A DNA stretch of 64,000 nucleotides from a virus. This document shows positions 57,834-64,000 of this stretch, piece after piece; position 1 is the first letter of the stretch; each line of letters starts with the position of its first letter. The notes under the pieces were generated by a model that was given only the letters and a program-made list of their open reading frames with translations, was not told the origin of the DNA and made no database searches. Position numbers and translations under genes: made by a program. The stretch is taken from positions 1-64,000 of IMG/VR virus record IMGVR_UViG_3300027861_000001; one strand, written 5' to 3'.

Positions 57834-57907
57834 CAAGGGTAATAGGATTCGAACCTATAATCTTCTCGGTCAAAGCGAGATGCATTAGCCAGTTATGCTA
57901 TACCCTT
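57834..57907 (-). tRNA. tRNA-Gln(UUG)
   Basis: AAGGGTA/TACCCTT acceptor stem, anticodon loop CTTTGAC, GGTTCGAATCC T-arm; followed by CAA, not CCA. Confidence 0.9.
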
Positions 57908-57946
57908 ATTTGGTTTTCTTCTCATATCTACACCACAGCGGAATAA

Positions 57947-58651
57947 TTAAATATCTAAAAAGTACAACTCCCAAGTATTGTCTTGTATTTCTACCCAACT
58001 GAAACTATCTTCAAAGTCACCACTATCTGCCAGTAACCCATCAAATTCAGTAGGACAGTGCGAGTGATTAACACATATTTTACTATTATGTTTTTTTGCA
58101 TATTCTCTTGCTCTAAGGTGCATTATACCTACGTTCGTACTCCAATCACCTACATAATCATGTTTCTTATCAGAAAGTGTTTTTCCTTTGAACGGTCTGT
58201 TAGTATGAAGATTGTATAGGAATACTAAAGAGTTAGGAAAACGATCAGCCCACCAGAACAGGAAGTTTCCTATGACTTTATAGAATCCTCCCCATATAAG
58301 GTCAAACTCCCATCCATGTCTGAACATCAGATTTCCATCATCATATTTCTTACACAGTTGTGTTCCTGGTAAATATTCTTGTTTTGCGTTAGAATCATGA
58401 TTTACGGCAACCCACACAGTTGTTAAACCAAGTAAGTTTCTTTGTTTACATGTTTCTTTCAACCGCAACCAAGTCTTAGATTTAAGTATGTTCTTCCACT
58501 TAGCCTTCCAAGGGTCTCCTATATCTCCGTTTAGTACGAGAACATCCGGTTTCTTCTGGTCTACTTTATCTAAGAACTTTGAGATTGGTATGAATCTTTC
58601 ATCTTTATCGTCTATATGAAAGTCACCACAAACAAGATAGTATTTATTCAC
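57947..58651 (-). CDS. calcineurin-like metallophosphoesterase
   Basis: GDFH, NGDIGD, NHD, HG, HSH. Confidence 0.8.
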   Translation of the reverse strand: MNKYYLVCGDFHIDDKDERFIPISKFLDKVDQKKPDVLVLNGDIGDPWKAKWKNILKSKTWLRLKETCKQRNLLGLTTVWVAVNHDSNAKQEYLPGTQLCKKYDDGNLMFRHGWEFDLIWGGFYKVIGNFLFWWADRFPNSLVFLYNLHTNRPFKGKTLSDKKHDYVGDWSTNVGIMHLRAREYAKKHNSKICVNHSHCPTEFDGLLADSGDFEDSFSWVEIQDNTWELYFLDI

Positions 58652-58655
58652 TCTC

Positions 58656-58988
58656 TCACCTCTTTCCTACTATTATAAACTCCTGTAAATCTCTTGGAGA
58701 CACATACCACATCCCAATTTTGTAATCAGCATAATCAACTTCTTTCTTCTGTAAATAAAATTTTACATTATCATCAGTCCTATACTCTATATAATATGCA
58801 CGATTACTATCAATTCTCCAACGCTGATCAACTGGTATATGTAAAGCATTTTTAATTATTTGATTATTAGATATCTCTACATAATCACCACGCCCACCAT
58901 GAACTATTCTTTTAAACCCAATTGTTACCTGTACATCGGTGTTTGTGGTTAACCAAAAGTTGCCACCGTTATGTGCATAGTTGTTCAT
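58656..58988 (-). CDS. hypothetical protein
   Basis: RIVHGGRGDYVE; 110-aa ORF. Confidence 0.6.
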   Translation of the reverse strand: MNNYAHNGGNFWLTTNTDVQVTIGFKRIVHGGRGDYVEISNNQIIKNALHIPVDQRWRIDSNRAYYIEYRTDDNVKFYLQKKEVDYADYKIGMWYVSPRDLQEFIIVGKR

Positions 58989-59207
58989 TGCTTTCCTACT
59001 AAAGTCTTATTACTTCACTAACACCATGTCCACAACAGGCACTCGCTATTCCTTTCAGAGTACCAAGACAGGCATCTTGTCCTTTGTAAGGAAATCTATT
59101 ACACTTCTTACACGGTCTTGAATCATCATAAAGTTGATGGGTATCCTCATACAACCACTTATCACCTTCATACACAATAACCCATCCTCTAGAGTATGAT
59201 CGTATCA

Positions 59208-59396
59208 TTATTCCTCTCCTAAACGCTTATTCCAAAGTCTAATTGCCTCATATTTATTATCATCACTTACGCACGGTGTAACATCACACACATCGCTTCT
59301 ACATTCAACATAGAAAGTTGCAAATCCTTCATATCCACTACCAGCCCATACAGTAGGTAATTCTCCACAGAACGGACATGGTTTCAAGTCATCCAT
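59208..59396 (-). CDS. Lar-family (restriction alleviation) zinc-ribbon protein
   Basis: LKPCPFCG...EC...C...AIRLWNKR. Confidence 0.7.
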   Translation of the reverse strand: MDDLKPCPFCGELPTVWAGSGYEGFATFYVECRSDVCDVTPCVSDDNKYEAIRLWNKRLGEE

Positions 59397-59562
59397 TACC
59401 TTTCCTCCCCTAATTGCTTAATCAGTGCTTGCCAACCCTCGCTTCGTTTATGCCCCTCAATAAGACCATCAGCTATTATTTTGTTGTTTACCTTGACAAT
59501 ATATTTATAGTTCGAAATTTCAGCTAGCTCACTAATATTCCACATGTGAATTATTAACATAT

Positions 59563-59892
59563 CTACTTCCCACCATTATCCACCGTTAACTTCCAACCTT
59601 CTTCTTTCATATCTTTTACTACGGTTTTCTCCATATTTACAAACCAGTTGCTTAGGTGGTTGCTTTCATGCTTTTGCTTCTTCGCTATCACTCCCAACAT
59701 GCGTGAGCCATCAGGTCGTTTGAGGGCTAGGATGGCACTGATATCACCATCTCTTGAACATTCCACAAGTATACATGTGCGGTTGTAATTCGGACTTCTA
59801 GGGTTTTCTCTGTCAGTCTTAAATGTCCTACTCCCACACTTTAAACAGAGAACATCCCTTATCGCCTCCTTTACTTCTTCATATTCGCTCAT
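59563..59892 (-). CDS. hypothetical protein
   Basis: ORF in a coupled minus-strand block. Confidence 0.55.
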   Translation of the reverse strand: MSEYEEVKEAIRDVLCLKCGSRTFKTDRENPRSPNYNRTCILVECSRDGDISAILALKRPDGSRMLGVIAKKQKHESNHLSNWFVNMEKTVVKDMKEEGWKLTVDNGGK

Positions 59893-60548
59893 CTTTCACC
59901 ACCTTATAAATTGTATCTGCGAGGGTATCAAAATAGTTTTTATCACCATAAATAAAAACACCTTCACACAGATTAAAAACTTTTAACCTTTGACTGACAG
60001 TAAGCTTAGGCCACATCCACTCAAACAGTATATTCATATCTTGAGGTGGGAGTTGCATCAAAACCTCACCGTCAGGAGTGTTGTACGATATTACCTTGCA
60101 CGGTCCCATATGAGAACTCCATTCCCACCCCGCCCACTCGCATAGCTCTTGCCATTGCCCATCTTCCATCAGATACCTCCTGTTATGAAATTGCACCCCT
60201 AAACCAATAGAGGTGCAATCGTCTACCTATCATTCTTGATATAATGCCTTACGACACATATTGTTGTTATAAATATTACAACTGACACCACAAGTATACT
60301 AGCTAATACTACCATTCGTCTCCTCTGTTGTTACCGCTAAAGCTTCAACACCGTATAGTGCAACTAGCTTTATCTTTTCATCCGAAAGTTTACCAGTACC
60401 TTTTTTAAATCCCCATTTAGCTCTTAACCTCCCATTTTTCTTAATTTCTTCTTTAATATACCTTAATTCTGTTAAGACAAGCTTCCCTGCCCAACCAGGA
60501 ATTAATAATCTTTTAGCATAAAACTCAGTAAGATGTTTGTCTTTACCT

Positions 60549-60887
60549 TTACTCACAGCAGACCAACTCCCCTATATAGTTTGGAGGATTGTTTCGATTA
60601 TTACGTCTATCAACAGCTCGTTGTTGCGGAGTTTTGGCTGGTGGAGGTGGATGCTTTTTAATATGACACTCTGGACACAAAACTTGTATATTATCTCTGT
60701 CATCATGACCACCATCCTCAAGGTGAACTATATGATGACATTGCAATTCCTCAACCTCACTACACTCTTCACACTTACCAACCTCTGAACGTATCTCTTG
60801 TAGTTTTTTACTCCTCTCAATACCAGCTAATTCTAATATAACACGTTCACGATTAGTAAGTAGCTCTTTTGGGCCAAATCTATTCAT
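60549..60887 (-). CDS. HNH endonuclease-family protein
   Basis: CEEC...HHIVHLEDGG...N..VLCPECH. Confidence 0.8.
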   Translation of the reverse strand: MNRFGPKELLTNRERVILELAGIERSKKLQEIRSEVGKCEECSEVEELQCHHIVHLEDGGHDDRDNIQVLCPECHIKKHPPPPAKTPQQRAVDRRNNRNNPPNYIGELVCCE

Positions 60888-61243
60888 CCTCTACTTCCTT
60901 TACAAGTTGGTTCCAATCTTCTTCTCTCAGCGATAACTCTTGAGTACGACAATCTCTAAACAAGCTATACTCGTTTCCTGACATACACGGGTACAAAGCG
61001 TTAACTACTTTTTTAAGTTGCGCTTTGGCTACAACATCAAACAGTCCTATAGCGTCTACTTCCCAATGTGGGTTCTTGTCTAATGCCTCAGTCCACACTT
61101 TTTCTGTCTCTTCCTTAGTTAATAAATAAGATACTTCTTTATCCATTTTACCATCCTATTCGATTTTCGTTCTTCAAACATATAACAGTCACCGAACGAG
61201 TTTTGATTCATACAGGAATAAATACACCTACCACAATCTTTCA

Positions 61244-61708
61244 TCAAATACTCTCCCATTTATCATCAAGCCACCGCTTACCAAACTTTTCTTCCATTAC
61301 AAACGCTAACCAAAGTTTCTCACCTGAATCGAATACATTTGTTGGAACACAAACATAAGCCTCATCACAGTACTGCTCATTCATCCACGCAACGAAACAC
61401 AAGAAAGCTGCTTCGATGTAGAAGGAAGAATACACTATCTCATCCTGTAATGCATAATATTGTCCAATAATTTCCTGTAGTTGGTCTTGCCGTGGAAGCC
61501 AAATATGGTACGCATCGTCCGGTATTACTTGTGCAAAACAACTTCCATTAACTATAGTTTTACAACTGCACACTGGACAACCTGTATAATCAAGGTTTGT
61601 TACTTCAAGGCATTTCGTGCATCCGTGGAAATTTCTACTCTCGATTACATACTTCTCTTGTACCTCAGCACAGTTGCACATCTTAATATAAGTTTTTGAA
61701 TTATCCAT
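61244..61708 (-). CDS. hypothetical protein
   Basis: YIKMC...WLPRQDQLQ...LWLAFVM. Confidence 0.6.
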   Translation of the reverse strand: MDNSKTYIKMCNCAEVQEKYVIESRNFHGCTKCLEVTNLDYTGCPVCSCKTIVNGSCFAQVIPDDAYHIWLPRQDQLQEIIGQYYALQDEIVYSSFYIEAAFLCFVAWMNEQYCDEAYVCVPTNVFDSGEKLWLAFVMEEKFGKRWLDDKWESI

Positions 61709-61711
61709 TAC

Positions 61712-61978
61712 TTATCTCCATTCTACTTTTACACCAAAAACCTTAGACATTAACCAGTATCTAACCCTGTTTCTTTTACTCCTTTCTATGTGATAACAAA
61801 ACTTTAAAGTACCAAAATTATCACCAAAAGAAACTTCAATATTGTGATTTTCTAAATTAACCGACAGTGATCCCCAGTGATCATCTTGCTCACAAATATT
61901 TTCTACTTGTGTGAAGCACCTAAACCTATCTATACACGTATCACACTTGTTCTTTTTTTTTCTCCAAGGCTTTCTCAT
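61712..61978 (-). CDS. CWT-family protein (N-terminal motif)
   Basis: CDTCIDRFRCFTQ. Confidence 0.65.
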   Translation of the reverse strand: MRKPWRKKKNKCDTCIDRFRCFTQVENICEQDDHWGSLSVNLENHNIEVSFGDNFGTLKFCYHIERSKRNRVRYWLMSKVFGVKVEWR

Positions 61979-62262
61979 AATCCCGCTTCTTTAACTTTGC
62001 GAACTGCTTCCTCTTCTGTTAGTTTTCCTTTCTCAACATCTCGAATCAAAGGATAGAGAACCCAGTGAATATCGACACACACAGCTAATAAGTCGTTTAT
62101 CTCGTCATACAACTCCTTAATGTTAGTAGACTCAGGTCGATCTGGATGCCAATTAAAGTAACCAAACCGTCTAGCTTTGCCAAGAGCTTTGAACACTTCC
62201 CCTACTTCTTCCAATAACTTGTCCTGAAGTCCACCTATATTCTTATAATCTTTATGACTCAT
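61975..62262 (-). CDS. MazG-like nucleotide pyrophosphohydrolase
   Basis: LLEEVGEV...ELYDEINDLL (EExxE...ExxD). Confidence 0.7.
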   Translation of the reverse strand: MSHKDYKNIGGLQDKLLEEVGEVFKALGKARRFGYFNWHPDRPESTNIKELYDEINDLLAVCVDIHWVLYPLIRDVEKGKLTEEEAVRKVKEAGL

Positions 62263-62282
62263 AATCTACTCCATTTCTTTTG

Positions 62283-62364
62283 CGGAAGGTGAGAGATTCG
62301 AACTCCCAAGGCTTTTATACCTGCTGTTTTCAAGACAGTTTACTTCACCAATAGCAGACCTTCC
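62283..62364 (-). tRNA. tRNA-Ser(UGA)
   Basis: GGAAGGT/ACCTTCC-G acceptor stem, loop CTTGAAA, long variable arm, GTTCGAATC; followed by CAA. Confidence 0.85.
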
Positions 62365-62367
62365 ATC

Positions 62368-62652
62368 TTAACTCGTCCAACAGACAAATCTTGCAATACA
62401 ATCTTCACAATCAGGACACGGTAGTTTATCTATCTTTTCATGAAAATGCCTTAGCACTTCATACTTTATACCATTCTTCACTTCTTCATGAGTTTCGTAA
62501 CAATTGTTACAATCCCAGCATTCGTGTATCCAAGAGTCATAATCAACTATATCCCAAGAATTTAATTCGTTGTGTCTGTCTTTAGAAGTATAAACCCAAC
62601 CCCAACACACCCAAACTGAACCACAATAGTCGCATGTTCTTAAATTATTCAT
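62368..62652 (-). CDS. CWT-family protein
   Basis: Ends CEDCIARFVCWTS; start refined to 62652. Confidence 0.75.
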   Translation of the reverse strand: MNNLRTCDYCGSVWVCWGWVYTSKDRHNELNSWDIVDYDSWIHECWDCNNCYETHEEVKNGIKYEVLRHFHEKIDKLPCPDCEDCIARFVCWTS

Positions 62653-62929
62653 AATATAACATATCCAAGCTGTCAGTCCAGCACGGAAACTTATATTTAC
62701 ATTCGTCACAATTATAAGGTACTATTTCCCACGGATACATCCACACACTAAAGAAGAATGATGGATTGCTGGTTGTAATACTTACCAAATACAATTCACC
62801 TCTTGGTGCTTTAGTTTCAGCTGTTACGATTCTTACATCAAACTCTCTACTTGTAAATGTACCCTGCCAAGTCTCGTCCAAATGAACTCCATTTGGTAAA
62901 CAGACCTTGTCGTCAACTTCAAACTTCAT
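62645..62929 (-). CDS. CWT-family protein
   Basis: FEVDDKV; CDECKYKFPCWTDS. Confidence 0.75.
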   Translation of the reverse strand: MKFEVDDKVCLPNGVHLDETWQGTFTSREFDVRIVTAETKAPRGELYLVSITTSNPSFFFSVWMYPWEIVPYNCDECKYKFPCWTDSLDMLYYE

Positions 62930-62933
62930 TTTG

Positions 62934-63006
62934 AGCCCCCAGTAGGAATCGAACCCACAACCTATCGCTTACAAGGCGATTGCTCTTCCAGTTGAGCTAT
63001 GGAGGC
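62934..63006 (-). tRNA. tRNA-Thr(UGU)
   Basis: GCCTCCA/TGGGGGC acceptor stem, loop CTTGTAA, GGTTCGATTCC; followed by CAA. Confidence 0.9.
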
Positions 63007-63011
63007 GTAGT

Positions 63012-63260
63012 TTACTTTCCTCTTATAGCAAGTATGAACAAAACTAACCACGCTGTTGCGTTTATGCATGTTGCCACTATTGATGCCACCAATCCCATAC
63101 TACCAAATACACCAGCCAAACAAAACAAGCACAATGCTGTCATACCTGAACTAAACTTACTTACATAAATACCCTGCAAAGCCATTTTAATTTGTGGGAT
63201 TAGCATAAATCCCAAAGACATTATCAAGACAGTAGTTACATAGTCCTGCCAAATCATCAC
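63012..63260 (-). CDS. PQ-loop/SemiSWEET-like small membrane protein
   Basis: Three hydrophobic segments, LIPQI motif. Confidence 0.55.
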   Translation of the reverse strand: MMIWQDYVTTVLIMSLGFMLIPQIKMALQGIYVSKFSSGMTALCLFCLAGVFGSMGLVASIVATCINATAWLVLFILAIRGK

Positions 63261-63396
63261 TTACCCTTCTTTTTCTTATTCCTTTTAGTAACGGCGTTTT
63301 TATACATTTCTCCTAAACCACCACCGTGCCTAGGTATATTCTCTTTTTTAGTTTTTTGTTTCCTGTCTCTTCTTTGCCACTTGTATTCGCTTGACA

Positions 63397-64000
63397 TTAT
63401 GTTATCTCGTTTATAGATTCTATATTCGCTATGGTTATACCATTTATAGTGTCTGCGTGAACTAGTTGTATACCGTTCCTATAATGGTCAGCTAACGGAT
63501 TACCAACATCACCACCAGCCCAAGGATATGGTAGAAAGCAAGGTACTGGTGATTGATCATATGTTACCTCTAACGCAAACTTGGCTTTAGCAAGTACCGA
63601 AACAGAAGTACTCCATGCTACTGGTGGTTCCTGCCTTTGTGGATCACTATAAGTACTAACTTGAGATGTGAATCCAAACCCAAGAGTTGTGAACCCAGAC
63701 GTGTCAACCCAATCTGCTGCATATTGATTTCCAGTAAGCCTGTACCACTTATTTGTTGTTATTTCGTCTAAATGACAGGCTCCTATACTTAGTAGATGAT
63801 CATCACCTACAAACTGCATTGCGTTTCCGAAATTAAAAGAACCATCCAACCAACTTGGTAAGAATATACCCAAGTCACACTCATATACCCCTAAGTAAAG
63901 ATTTGGTAATGGTAAGGTTAACGTTTCAAAATTAAAAAGAAACCTAACATTTGTAATTGTAACTGAGCCTATAGTGCTTGTGTCAAAGCAGCAAACACTC
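63397..64000 (-). CDS. partial (5'-truncated) beta-rich protein, possibly virion-associated
   Basis: Frame stays open from the window edge to the stop at 63397; rich in Thr/Ser/Gly/aromatic residues. Confidence 0.5.
   Translation of the reverse strand, partial: SVCCFDTSTIGSVTITNVRFLFNFETLTLPLPNLYLGVYECDLGIFLPSWLDGSFNFGNAMQFVGDDHLLSIGACHLDEITTNKWYRLTGNQYAADWVDTSGFTTLGFGFTSQVSTYSDPQRQEPPVAWSTSVSVLAKAKFALEVTYDQSPVPCFLPYPWAGGDVGNPLADHYRNGIQLVHADTINGITIANIESINEIT

Noticed and set aside
10844-62929. CWT repeats as a diversity-generating retroelement, integron cassette array or CRISPR-like array
   Set aside because: No reverse transcriptase, integrase or cas gene in the window; no near-identical TR/VR pair with A-specific changes; no palindromic attC; the repeats vary at synonymous positions and are irregularly spaced
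904-63168. Numerous antisense or overlapping short ORFs in the track (e.g. 904-1101, 2036-2266, 22838-23384, 38733-38981, 55130-55666)
   Set aside because: They are shadows of better-supported genes or repeats, with no RBS and atypical composition

Overview
A gene-dense, AT-rich segment that looks like the accessory (early/middle) region of a large, probably jumbo, bacteriophage. It has short, tightly coupled ORFs with AGGAGG RBSs, sigma70/SigA-type promoters, three tRNA genes, and no rRNA or core cellular operons. The many Cys/Fe-S proteins suggest an anaerobic host (inference). Gene blocks: minus 1-7425, plus 7873-10851, minus 10844-14635, plus 14796-57704, minus 57834-64000. Recognisable enzymes: three radical SAM proteins, a VWA protein next to a divergent PurA-like protein, a stand-alone AGDEF (GGDEF-family) protein, PncB+PncA NAD salvage, RtcB, CCA-adding enzyme, a MoxR-like AAA+ ATPase with a HExxH/VWA partner, an M28-like peptidase, family-4 UDG, peptide deformylase, a metallophosphoesterase, HNH and a MazG-like protein. 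Most striking signals: (1) about 56 otherwise diverse ORFs share one CxxCxx(R/K)(F/Y)xC(W)T module, mostly as a C-terminal tag; (2) seven tandem genes share an N-terminal MKxRxGFVSNSSxxSF leader and lie directly upstream of a radical SAM/SPASM-type enzyme; (3) one gene has an in-frame UGA followed by an fdhF-like SECIS hairpin, i.e. a candidate phage selenoprotein; (4) nine promoters share an invariant GGC in the spacer; (5) all three tRNA genes end in CAA instead of CCA. All counts are manual and family assignments come from motif recognition, not database searches.
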